A stretch of 64,000 nucleotides of DNA from Camelus ferus (lineage: Eukaryota). The position numbers and the translations under genes were made by a program. Positions 52,127 to 64,000 of the stretch are shown one piece after another; the first letter of the stretch is position 1; each line of letters starts with the position of its first letter. Location: positions 60,700,001 through 60,764,000 of the forward strand of contig NC_045707.1 of assembly GCF_009834535.1 (NCBI RefSeq). The letters are read 5' to 3'. The notes beneath the pieces are model-generated. The model saw only the letters and a program-made list of their open reading frames with translations. It had not been told where the DNA came from and did no database searches.

Positions 52127-53989
52127 GTCAGTTTGTATTGACTCTTGAATTCAAATCAGTTGGATATTTACTTATAGGAATAGGAAAGCCCAGAGTGCAC
52201 CGAAAGCCTACAAGACAAAACAACTCCTAGGATGATTGTTTTCCACTGATGAAGAAACTATTAATTGTATCCCAAAGGATCTATGCTGCAGTCTTAATGG
52301 AGAGAAGGAACCTTAATGTTGTCTATCTTGACAACAACCTCAAATAAGCAGCTCTTTTAAAAAGGCTTTTTGGTTTGTGTGACATTATATAGTCTAATCC
52401 ATATGCTATAAATACTTTGCTATTCAAATTGTCATTCATTATTATTGTAGAGTTGGTATATGTGCATTTTTAAGAAGATATGAGATAAAGTTAATATAAA
52501 AGTTATCATTTGAAAAGCATTAATTTTCAGAAAAACATTCGTATTGCTGTTTCCATACCTTATACTTTTTGGCCTCTGGTTATTTCTACTTTCCCCAAGA
52601 GTAGGTACAACCTCCAACCTAAAATTCTTGTGAGATCTGTCATGGAAGTTCTCTTACTAACTTGGAAGTCTAGTGATACTTTCTTTGATAGTTTAGTAAT
52701 ACTGGGATCTTCCTCAGTGTTATGCTGAAAACACCTTCTGACTTTTATTGGCTCTACTTACTAAGTCTTTAAGCTCCAGATCTCATTTGTGTTTTTCAGA
52801 CCTAAACCTAGTCTTTTCTTCTGACATTGGACTTCCCCAACCAACCTGCCGGAAGTCCCCAACACATCCCCTGGCTGACTTTCTAAATCTTACCTTCATT
52901 CTGATAAATTGCCATCCATTTTCTACTGTCACATCTCCAAGATCCAGAATGTTGTCTCAGCATAACTCTTCCTTTGACATCTCTTGTCTTTCTCTCTTTT
53001 ACATATACTCCTACTTTTTAAAAAAAGATTTTCTCTTTTCTTCATGCCTGGCTTCAGACTTCCACTTTCTAAATTTTTCTTGTTTAGATTTACTGTGGTA
53101 TGCCTATTTGTGGGGTTAGGGAACTTTATATTTATTTCATAATTCATGTAAGTACATTGAGAAAGGAGATGTTTTATATAATAAGTAAAAGTGAGGATAA
53201 TTCCTAGTTTTTAATCTAAATATTATATTAGCATTTTTTTTAGTATTGTGAATTCAGTGACTTGCATAGAAACAATTTTAATGGATTACAGAAATAAAAA
53301 TTCATAGGGAAAACTAGTTAGAGAATTATTATCAACATAGCACTAAATCTAGGATGAGGAGCATTTTATGAGACTAGAGAGAGATTCATGTAACTTGTGT
53401 TTTGAAATTTCTCCCAAGAAATTTGTATGACACATTTTATATAATTGCTAAGAACAAACATAGAGAAGGTAATTTTAGGGGCTAAGAAGAGGTTCTTCCC
53501 TCTCCCTACCACTCACTGACTATTTAGGGAATGTCTGTTGTGTGCTGGCAGTGTTTTAAGCACAGCTAATGCAGTGGTAAGAGTTAAAATTCTTAAGAGG
53601 TAAAAAAATCTTATACTCAGACAAATAACATCATAGCTGTGACAGATGCAAAGAGGAGAATCTCAGTACTAGGAAACTATATTTTAATGGCCCCTGACCT
53701 GGCCAGGAGGGTTAGGAAAATCATTCTACTTGGTACATTATTTTGAAACTGTTGACAGAGTCTCCCACTAGAATTTAAGTTCCTCTGAAGCAGAAGTCAT
53801 GCTATTTTAACATTTATTGTCATTGCTTGCCATTTAGTAACTGAAAAAACATGTCTTGTGAATCTAAAGTGTACATTTTATGGAAATTTTAGATTAAAAC
53901 ATCCTATATGCCATTATTTTGTTTGTATCTTGTGGAGCAGAAAGAGAAAAATAGAGCTTTACTTATTAAATAAACTTATCTTTCTTTAG

Positions 53990-54193
53990 ATTCGTGGTAC
54001 TCTAAAGAGCTGGACCAAATTGTGGTGTGTGTTGAAACCCGGGGTGCTACTGATCTATAAAACCCAAAAAAATGGTCAATGGGTAGGAACAGTACTTCTG
54101 AATGCCTGTGAAATCATTGAGCGTCCATCAAAAAAGGATGGCTTTTGTTTTAAACTTTTCCATCCTTTGGAGCAGTCTATTTGGGCAGTGAAG
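53990..54193 (+). CDS. OSBPL8: OSBPL8 exon, PH domain (IRGTLKSWTKLWCVLKPG...EQSIWAVK)
   Basis: tctttag|ATTCGT...GTGAAG|gtaagt; 204 nt; overlaps ORF-track 54020..54244. Confidence 0.98.
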
Positions 54194-56447
54194 GTAAGTA
54201 AGCACTTGCTATATAGAGGAAAAGGTAAAGATGTCAGTCTATGAGTAGAGCTGAGATAAGTCAATGAATGATTGCTGTCCTCTGCCAGGACTTACAAATT
54301 TGTTTCTGTTTTCAATCACATTATTCTTCTTTCTGTCTCTACCCGTAATGAAATGTGCACCAAAAGGCTTTGTTTACCTTTGAGATCTAACTTAAAAATT
54401 TCTCCAGAAAATGTTTCCCAAATTTATTGTACCTTATTATCTCTTGTCTTTGGGGATTCAGTTTGTTCTGGCTTTTTTAGTTTGCAGTTACCAGCTTTGC
54501 TTTGGAATACTGTATCATGAGTGTTCAAATTGTAAGATCCTCTGGAACAGAAGCTGCCATTTATTTCTGTGGTCTTTCCTATAGTGGTGTAAATCTGTGG
54601 TAAGAAGCTTATAAGCAGCAGTCCTGCTTACTCTTGAGACACAGCTTTCTTTGAAGATGGAGCTCTAATGCTTTTATACTAAAAAGCATTACCATGGTCA
54701 CTCCTATATTTTAAAAACAAACTTAAGAAAATTCATTCTGATAAACTGCTTTATTTGATTAACTACCAAGGAATTCTACAAAGTAGACATGTAATACATG
54801 CTATCTGAATAAATGAATCTAGCTTAAATTTTTACAAAGAATCATTGTTTTAGTTTCTAAAGTAAATTACACTTGAATAAAAGGTCTAGGGCCCCTCCTT
54901 TAAGGAAAACAACCTAGTTGAGATTTGAGCTAACTGAAAGTAGCTTCATTTTTTTGGAAAAAACCTGGACTTTTTACCTTTATTTCAGTAGTCTGAAGTC
55001 ATAGCAGGAATAAATGTAAGAATACAAAGTCAGTTTTATTCTGAGATAGGTACTCCCCACAGGGGAAAGAATTTAACTTGTGAAGTCTCTGGTATTACTG
55101 TATCATGTAACTCTCAAGTTAAAAAAATTACTTTCAAAACCATATACACACACTTAATTTATTTTTTACTACTCTTAGAAATTGCAAGAATTATAATGAA
55201 TTTTTAAATCATTTAAAACATTTTAAATGTCAAATTATTTCATTCCAAATATTGATGAGAGGTAAATTTATACAATTATATAAACATCAGAATATTCTCC
55301 ACAAGCAAAGCCTACTTAGAGCATTGTTTAAACAGCTTCAGAGTCAGTACCTATGATTAGGAAATAGTAGAGTTTATGAATCTTTACTTTGTGTCAGTGA
55401 CTCTTTTGAACATGTTATTTGGAATCTTTTTTTAATTCTCATAACCATAAGGATGATACAGATTTCCCCCATTACCCAGTTAAAGAGATTGAGGCCTTAA
55501 AGAGGTTACTTAAGTAATTTTTCTAGCATGGAATGAAGATTGAAGCCCAGGCAGTCTGACCTGAGGTCCTACTCTATACTGATTCTAGGAACTGGACCAT
55601 AAATTATAAAGCTATTTGAAAATACCCAAGGGTATTATAGGATTTGTTAAAAGCATATTGATTTGTTTCTACATTTTGAATATCCATCTTTACTTCCTGC
55701 TGTTTGTTTCTTAAAATCCATTTTATCCTTTGGTCTGACAACTTTAAAAATTGTGCTTTTTCTATCAAAATTATACTATAACTTCAATCCTCAGATTTTT
55801 TTTCCAGATAAAGAACTGTACACCTGAAAGTAACCTTGGTGATACTAACTACTGTAAAGTTCTTGGTGTTTTATACTTCTAAAACAATCTCAGCCACCAC
55901 AGGCAGCAATAAAATCCCTTTTTCTTTCTTGTTTCTGGAAAAACAAAATTAGCTTTTTTTTTAAGTTGGTATTTTGTAAACAAGTATATCATTGGTTATA
56001 AAATGGGGATTTATTTTTCCCTAGACTTAGTAAAAATGTATTTCTCTTTTTCTTATAAATTATAACTGTATTTCTGTTTCTTTAGGCTTCTAAAAATTTA
56101 GTATTGCTTATCTAGTGTTTGTGGGATATAAATTCCGTTATATTAAAATTTGGTCTAGTATGGTAAATTTTAGGTTTCTCCATAATATGTAAACAATATA
56201 TAGAGAAAATGTTTAATGATAGCTATAAGTTGTTCATTTTTCTGGTAAGGAGGTATATTTGGTGGAAGAGGAAAACTTTCCTTAATACTTAACATTTGCT
56301 TTCTCAGAAAGCATGAAATTAAAGCTTGTTTGCTTTTAAAAATTATAATCCATGCCTAACTTAGATTATTACAGATAATAATGGATAATAAAAAGTTGAG
56401 ATCTCATAATACCATACACTATTTATTTTATTTATTTTGCTTTTAAG

Positions 56448-56532
56448 GGTCCCAAAGGTGAAGCAGTTGGATCTATAACTCAGCCCCTACCTAGCAGTTA
56501 TTTGATCATCCGAGCTACTTCTGAGTCCGATG
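56448..56532 (+). CDS. OSBPL8: OSBPL8 exon, PH domain (GPKGEAVGSITQPLPSSYLIIRATSESD-G)
   Basis: ttttaag|GGTCCC...TCCGATG|gtaaac; 85 nt, phase 0-1. Confidence 0.97.
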
Positions 56533-57816
56533 GTAAACAAATGATGGCTTGGGTTTTGGTCCTCATTTTTAAGGGTTTATTGTATATATCACTACATTTT
56601 CCTTTGGGAAAAATAGGGTATTTGCAGCAGAGGTACTATAATCATAATCATATTGCTTAGAAGACTGTTACCATTAACGTGGCCAACAAACAAGGAAATT
56701 TGATAGGAAGGAAGCATTATATAGTTGAATGATAAATTAGCAGCCTGGAGTTTTCTTCATCCTCCATTGACATATTGACACATTTTTGACTTGGTTAGTG
56801 TTCTCTATGATAACTCATTAAGTCTTGTCATTTTAGAAATACATTTAATACTATTTATATTTTATCATTAAATATTAGCATAAGACATATATATACTATT
56901 TTGATTTTTTTTACATAAGACATTAAAATACAAACTTCTATTCTGCATTTAATTACTTAATACTTAATTTCTGAAGCAAAAATGGGGAGAGTATAACTTA
57001 CTTACATGAAAGCAAAGTACCTTTAAAAACTTAATAATTGATAATGGATTTCTTCTTCACTTTAATGTTTTATAGTTCAGACTAGCTTAGCCCAGGGAAT
57101 CGTGTAACATAAAGTTCACTTTAACCAGATGATTATTTAAAAAATTAATATCATAGGCATGAGCTTTCATTATGAAAGGGATTTACTTGGCTGGTATTTC
57201 CAGCTTTATCTTGAAACAAATACATATGACTTTTAAGAACAACTAACTTTTTTTCTGCTAATACTGTTCTAAATTTTAATTAAAAAATAAAGTTATTAAT
57301 GTTTCTACTAACTAATAAGGCAGTCAATAACAGTATTGTTCAGGAATTTTTCTGATTTTAAAAATTTCATAGATATAAGTAGAATGGATGCTAAACCTGA
57401 CATAGATGTCCTATCAACAACAAAATGTTTTAAATCGTTTGTTTATAGTAGAAACATAATCCCTTCATTATATTTTATGTACCTTTTTTGGTACCTTCGG
57501 ATTATACTACATGTTGTTAGTCTTAGAGATTTTAAAAATAAAGTACATTTATTTTAGATTAGGTGTGTTTTCTAATGCATGTTAATGCTATTTATTTACC
57601 AGTGGTTTCTAGATATTTAGAAAGTAAAAAGCACTTGTTATACTGAAAAATTGCATTAAGAAATCCTGGCAAGATTTTATGTTCAAATTAACTTTTACAG
57701 TGCATGTTTCTCAGAGAAATAATAGTATGTTTAAAGGTTAACAGTGTTAAATGAAGATGGATGCTAGTTTTTCTAGTTTATTGAATTATACTACTTATGA
57801 GTCTATGCTATTCTAG

Positions 57817-57988
57817 GAAGGTGCTGGATGGATGCTTTGGAGCTGGCTTTGAAATGTTCTAGTCTTCTCAAACGTACAATGATCAGGGAAGGAAAGGAAC
57901 ATGAGCTGAGCATCTCATCAGAGAGCACCCATGTGACTCTGTATGGCTTATTACGGGCTAACAATCTCCACAGTGGTGACAACTTCCA
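57817..57988 (+). CDS. OSBPL8: OSBPL8 exon, PH C-terminal helix and linker (GRCWMDALELALKCSSLLKRTMIREGK...HSGDNFQ)
   Basis: ttctag|GAAGGTGC...TTCCA|gtaagt; 172 nt, phase 1-2. Confidence 0.97.
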
Positions 57989-60724
57989 GTAAGTAGATAC
58001 TGCCACTAATTTGGTGATTATTTTCAAGACTGCGATGTTCACTAGGTTAGTTAGCAGGCCTAGAATTTTTGTAGTGTATCTAAGATTGAAACTTGGCTGT
58101 CTTCTTCCCATTCATTATATGGCCTACCGCCTGGTTTAACATTTGTTTAGTTGCTATGGTGAGGTGTAAAAAGTTATTTCCTTGATTCCAGCTCATGTGA
58201 ATTACTTGTTCTTTCCTAAATACAACCATGCTGTCTACCTTGTCTTTGTGTGTGGTGTCCCCTCCATTAAGAATGATTTCTAGTCCACCTTGCTCTTTTC
58301 TTCTCCTGTGTTTTTTTTAAGGCCAATCCCAGTCTCAAATATTATATGTGAAGCCTTTTCTGCTTCATAAAAATGAGATGTAATCCATGTCTCTTTTGCT
58401 GTTCTATAGCACTTTTTTTTTTTCTGGATAATGGAACTTGACTTATTCTACTTGGTATTTGTGGAATTCTGCTATTATACTGTAAGTGTTTTCAAGTTGG
58501 AACTGTATCCTATTTGTGTTTTCCCCCAGTGAGGCATTCATTGTAGTTAATACTAAAAAAAATTTCCTCCAAGAAAATGAAGAAGCCCTTTGTTTGAGGT
58601 TCAGGGGGTTGTTGAGGTTCAGATCTCTTCTGTTGCTCTGCAGGAAAAATGGGCTTCCCCTTTTCCTCCCTTGCCCCAGCTCTCAGCTTCTCTGCAGCCA
58701 CTTACTCCTGTCAGCACTGAGGTTACTCTCCTCAAAGTCAGACTGCTCCTCTCCTTGCCTCCATGTAACCTGACCTGAACTGTTTTTTCCCTGGCTTTTT
58801 TGTTTGGCTCTTTTCCTTTGTTCCCTTTTAAATCTGCCATTACCTTACCTTTTACATCCTTTCTTTGCAGATTTGTAACCTGGAGCTTTAGCTTCCCACT
58901 ATGGAAGCCTGAATGGGATAGGATTGGGGTGGGGGTGGGTTACCACTGATATAGGGATGGGTTTTTGTTGGGACCTCTTCCCCTGGTATTACTGAATACC
59001 AGGTAATCCTTAAATGCTTTTATTTAGGGTTCTTAAAAATTCATCTACTTCACATCCTTATTCATTAAAGATTTTTGAGCCTCTTTTCTATGTAAGATAC
59101 CATACACTTTTCTGTGTAATTCACCACATTGTGAATAGGGAGGTGAATCAGGTACAATCCTAAATCTGAAATCAGTATAACAGTTTACTAGCTGTGTGAT
59201 CCTAGAGAGATGTTTTGTTTTGTTTTGTTTTGTTTGAAACCTATAAAATGCCAGGCAACTATGAATAGTGGGAAGAAAAGAATGACATAAACAACCAAAG
59301 GAGAGATGTCTTAGGGTAGTATAGGATCAGGAGAATTTAGAAGATGAAAACATAATGTCCAGTTAGGGAATCAGGGAGAGGATCAAAATATCAGATTTTG
59401 CAAAAGCAGAATCAACATATCAACATGTTCATTTAACTATATGACAGAAAATAAGCTGTGAACTATGATGCAGAGATAAGGAGGGATGGGAGCCCACCTT
59501 CCAGACGTAGAATCTGCTTGGAAATAAGAGACAGGAGATGGGTGAAGTTAAAGATTATCAAGTTTTAAGCCTGAGTGACTGAGAAGATGATGGTAAAATT
59601 TTTGAAAAGGACCACGTTTAGGAGATGATAATTTATTAAGTATTGGACATGTTGAGGATGCAGTGGTCCCAGGACATATAGATGATGTCAGCCAAGCATT
59701 TAAAAGCCTGAGTCTTTAAAAGCTTATTTTTACATGATGGGAAATCATCCAATAGAGATCAATTAATAGAAATGATGATGAGGTCTTGAATTTGGATAGC
59801 TTGCCAAAGGAGAGAGAGAGGATAAACAAATAAAAGAGAAAATAAAAACCAAATTGTGAGGAGTTAAGGTGAGAATATATAGTAAGAAAGCAAAGACAGC
59901 AATTTTAAACTACTTTTTAAAAAATATATGATTGTAAAGGAAAAGAAAGAAAATAATAAGTATTACAAAAAAGTGAATTTCTATTAGAAGTACTCTGGTT
60001 AAAATTCAAACAAATGAAGATGTTGGAAAAATAGAGACTAAAATAGGACTCAAATAGGACTATTCTGCTCTGCTACTCATGTCAGCATGGTTAAACTGTC
60101 AGTTATATATAATGGCACCGTGTATTCATTTGCAAAGTACTTTACAAATTTTATTTATACCAAAGGAAACACACAGGTACTTTCTTAAATAAGAAATTTC
60201 TTTAAATTTTTCATTAACTCTGGGAGTGAGGGATTTTTTTTTGGAGGGGGGCAGTAGGGTGTACAGATTAGTAATCCTAATCCTGTAAGTAAGAATAAGG
60301 TTGGATATAACAACTTACCAATTTCAGGATGTAGGTTCATTTCCTTAAGTTGAAATTTCCATTTCTCCCTGTTTTTTTTTTTTCAAGATTGAATCTATCA
60401 GTCAAGTATTAAATTGATATAATTACCTTATACATTTTCTCATTTTATTTTTGGACTTACTTTGAGTGACTTTGGAGACCTCAGGTGGAAAGTCATAATT
60501 CATCTGAGTTCACTTGAGAATCTGATGATCTTAACTTGAAGTTTTTCTTCAGACTACAAGTGATAGGTTAGTAGGTTGATTCAAGTGATGATATTTGTAT
60601 GTAAAAATGTAGCAAGAAATAGTCTAAAATTTTGCTTTTGGAAGATTTTAGACTCAAAGGGTAGAGAAGCAAACAGCTCAGAGTGTCATCTTTCAATATT
60701 TCCCAGGTTTTTAATTCATTCTTC

Positions 60725-60870
60725 TGTGCCTCTATTTATTAATCTATGAAGTGAGAAGAATAATTTTACTTATCTCATACGGTTATTTTTTGATTAAATG
60801 AGTTAAACAACATAAAACACTTAGAACGGTGCCAGGCACATAGTAAATTCTCAATGAATGTGACATATCA
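60725..60870 (+). mobile_element. MIR SINE 3' fragment just upstream of an exon
   Basis: ctgtgcctc...gattaaatgagttaa...acacttagaacggtgccaggcacatagtaa. Confidence 0.7.
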
Positions 60871-60937
60871 TTCTTATTTATAAATTAAATATTCTTAAAC
60901 TCTTTCATTCTTCCTCCTAATAATTCTTTCCCTTAAG

Positions 60938-61175
60938 GCTGAATGATAGTGAAATTGAACGGCAGCATTTTAAGGACCAAGATATGTATTCTGATAAATC
61001 TGATAAAGAAAATGATCAGGAGCATGATGAGTCTGACAATGAGGTGATGGGGAAGAGTGAGGAGAGTGACACAGATACATCAGAAAGGCAGGACGACTCG
61101 TACATTGAGCCTGAGCCTGTGGAGCCTTTGAAGGAGACTACCTACACGGAACAGAGCCATGAAGAACTCGGAGAG
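60938..61175 (+). CDS. OSBPL8: OSBPL8 exon, acidic linker (LNDSEIERQHFKDQDMYSDKSDKEND...SHEELGE)
   Basis: ccttaag|GCTGAAT...GGAGAG|gtagaa; 238 nt, phase 2-0; overlaps ORF-track 60984..61268. Confidence 0.97.
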
Positions 61176-61768
61176 GTAGAAGTTCCCAGGGGTTTTGGTT
61201 TTCTAATACTTGAAAATTTACAGATAAAAATGAAGATATTTGTTCGACTTACTGCTTATTTTTCCTAAAGAAAATATTATTTGTGTGTTTTATTTTAAAA
61301 GGTGCATAAATATGAAGTATATCAAGATTTATAAACAGCTAAACACATATACTCACACATGTACCAATATATTCTATTAAATTTCAAGTCTACATTTTCT
61401 TCAGGTTTGCTTTTGAAATAAGATACCCCTTGATGTCATTACCAGGTACAAAGTAAATTGCAAGGAAACATGAACTTATAGCTTTCTTGTTATTGCTAGT
61501 GCATAGAAGTAAACATAGTATAATAGAGTATAATGGTTTTTTTAATGGATTCTTTATATATATCACTCACTTTAGTGTCTCTTGGTACTACCCTTTTTAT
61601 CTAAATTTTATAGCTATAGACTAATTACCTAATGGGTTATTTTCACATTTTAAGAATGCTTGAATAGTCCTATAGAGAATTCATATTATCAACATTAGCT
61701 GTCTTATCTACATATTTATGTGTCTGAAATAAATATAATATTTCAGTATTTTTTGTTAATTGCTAAAG

Positions 61769-61953
61769 GCAGGTGAGGCTTCTCAAACAGAAACTGTATC
61801 TGAAGAAAATAAAAGCCTTATCTGGACACTGCTGAAACAGGTCCGTCCTGGTATGGACCTGTCCAGGGTGGTTCTACCGACATTTATTTTGGAGCCTCGT
61901 TCTTTCCTGGATAAACTTTCAGATTACTACTACCATGCAGACTTCCTATCTGA
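61769..61953 (+). CDS. OSBPL8: OSBPL8 exon, start of ORD and lid ([62 protein letters not shown])
   Basis: ctaaag|GCAGGT...TCTGA|gtaagt; 185 nt. Contains the LPTFILE motif typical of PS-transporting ORP5/ORP8/Osh6. Confidence 0.98.
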
Positions 61954-62749
61954 GTAAGTAGATTCTCATTTCTTAAAATAAAAGATACTTCATGGTTTAG
62001 AGATTTGTCAGAGTACTAATTTTGGTGGTTTTGCCTTACCAAAATTGGGCCCTAATAAGATACACTCTCTTTTTTTCACCACTTCTATAGTTGACCTTGA
62101 TAAGAAGCATATTTAATACTTTGCTGTAATGTTTCCATTTATGAGGTCAAAGTGAGAGATTAAAAGCTTGAGGAAGACAGGAATTCGGCCCCTGCCTTGA
62201 AAGCACTGCCATCACAGGCTCCCTGTGCACTGACCCGACACAGGGAGAGGTGGTTGGCTTTCTTTATTCTCCCCACCTAAGCCCTCATTCAGGTCCCATC
62301 CAGGGGCTTGTTCTCTCGCTTGTGCTTGTCCTCTCTGCGTGCTATGAGGCCTGCACAGTTTATCCTATCTGGAGCATCCTGCCAATTGTTGGCTCGTAGC
62401 AAAAATTCCCACTCTTATCTTTGTTTTTCTTCCTGCCAGCTGATCCTGGGTGTAATTCTGAAGAGGGCAGGCATAAAGGAGGTGGAAGAGGAGCTACCCA
62501 CCTTTTCTCAGCAGTTTCTTGGAGAACCATACCTTTTAGGTTTCACCTGCTGACCCCATTCCAGCAGCTGCATTTTCTATAATACTAGAGATAGATACAA
62601 GACGCTGGGTTTTCTAAGGTACTAGGTTCTGGCCCTGTGACCTGATTTTTAGATTCTGCATCAATATCTATATTCAGTTTATTAGTTGCATTATTAGTCT
62701 ATTAATTGCATTAATGAACATTGCAAAAAAACCACATAAACTGATGCAA

Positions 62750-63555
62750 AGGATAATTGATAAACTAGGGGAGATTTCTGCAAATTAGGCCATACAGAAA
62801 GTATTAATCTCCCTAAAATAAAAAAGGCTCTTAGACATTAAATGAAAATGATCAACAACCTAATAGGAAAAAGGAGTAGAGAAATTGACCAAGCAGTTAA
62901 AAAATGAAGTAATAGAAACAGTCCTTAAACATGTAAACTTCATTCAAAATAAAAAAGGTACAAATTCAAGCCTTAATAAGATCTATTTTTCATCCATCAC
63001 ATTGACCAAAAATCCAAATGCTTTTATACTCCAGTTCTGCTTTCTTTTATCTGTCTAGAAATTTATTTCTCTCAGAATATGAGGCAGGTTCTTATAAGTC
63101 ACAGTAAGATCTTGAGAGATGCCCATTTTTCCCAAATTCTTCTATTACCTTGCACTTTTCACACACATAATCCTTAAGATCCCTCCAAATCAGTTTATCA
63201 TGTTCTGTGAGGTGGATGTGCCATACCTTATTTAACCAGTCAGCTATGGCTGGACACTTGAGTTATCTAATCTTTTACTATTATAAACCCTGTTGTAACA
63301 ATCCTATACGTATGTCATTTTCCCAAATTGAAAGGTTGCACTTCTGGCAACGCACACTATTGCCAAGGTTGTGTGGGGCCACAGGCACTCAACAGACGGC
63401 TGCTGGGTGATAAAAACTAGCACAGGGCCTTTGAAAGGAATCTGGCAGCATCTACCAAAATTGTAGATGCATTCAATCTTTGATCCAGTAATCCCGCTTC
63501 TGGGAATGACTCCTACAGATACAACTCCAGATTATGGAAAATGATTCCTACAAGT
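62750..63555. mobile_element. Old L1 fragments, mixed orientation
   Basis: atcaacaacctaataggaaaa, tttgatccagtaatcccgcttctgggaat, plus an antisense piece at ~63210-63330. Confidence 0.55.
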
Positions 63556-63704
63556 TGCTTTACTTGGTTATTTTTGCCCTCTATTTTAAATGTGACTTGT
63601 GCTTTCCAATCATATCTCATATTCAGTTGTTGATTTGATTAATATGAAGGAGAATTTGTGATATATTCTGTAAAAGTTTTTGCATATATCATTTTGTTTT
63701 TTAG

Positions 63705-63786
63705 GGCTGCTCTTGAAGAAAATCCTTATTTCCGTTTGAAGAAAGTAGTGAAATGGTATTTGTCTGGATTCTATAAAAAGCCAAAG
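63705..63786 (+). CDS. OSBPL8: OSBPL8 exon, ORD (AALEENPYFRLKKVVKWYLSGFYKKPK)
   Basis: tttttag|GGCTGCT...CCAAAG|gtaatg; 82 nt, phase 2-0. Confidence 0.97.
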
Positions 63787-64000
63787 GTAATGTTTATGTT
63801 TTCCTTTACTATAGCCTTATATGCACTTTATTTTTTAGGATACCTTAAAATTATTTACTAATAATTGCACTGCAGGGCCTCTTTGAGTTAGCAAATTGTA
63901 AAATGCTTGATTATTTAGACTTGTATTATGACTGAAGTCATTTAATTTTATTTTATTTCACTCCTGTGAAATTGTATAAAGATAGTTCCCAGATGATACA

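Larger units (their letters stand above)
1..64000 (+). other. OSBPL8: Oxysterol-binding protein-related protein 8 gene, internal part; both ends of the window are intronic
   Basis: Eleven exons join in frame into a sequence matching recalled ORP8 residues ~15-478. Exon lengths are 37, 138, 71, 78, 102, 204, 85, 172, 238, 185 and 82 nt, with compatible phases. Confidence 0.98.

Noticed and set aside
54076..54264. Minus-strand ORFs here and at 57803..58111
   Set aside because: Antisense shadows of OSBPL8 coding exons.
1021..63410. Most ORF-track entries of 60-127 aa
   Set aside because: They are low-complexity chance ORFs or translations of L1/L2/MER/LTR remnants. Only 54020, 60984, 61760 and 63658 overlap real exons in frame.

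Overview
Mammalian genomic DNA, probably camelid because of lineage-type tRNA-derived SINEs and L1 3' ends. The whole window lies inside the + strand gene OSBPL8 (ORP8, the PS/PI4P exchanger at ER membrane contact sites). Eleven canonical coding exons can be read with consistent phases and GT-AG boundaries, from LLGDSKDVLGPS (about codon 15) to FYKKPK (about codon 478). They cover the N-terminal region, polybasic segment, PH domain, acidic linker and the start of the ORD. The first coding exon and the 3' half of the gene lie outside the window. Introns carry L1, L2, MIR, MaLR/ERV LTR, DNA transposon and SINE remnants. The main finding is a hidden 145-nt ATG-initiated, phase-matched exon at 36830-36974, missed by the ORF track. 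It encodes an N-terminus homologous to that of the paralogue ORP5/OSBPL5, implying a third ORP8 N-terminal isoform besides ORP8L and ORP8S. Also notable are the regulated 37-nt exon whose skipping would turn the main ORF into a uORF, a chimeric L1/polyadenylated retrocopy with a 46-bp flanking repeat, and a prematurely polyadenylated L1 fragment. Repeat family names and protein comparisons are from memory, not database searches.
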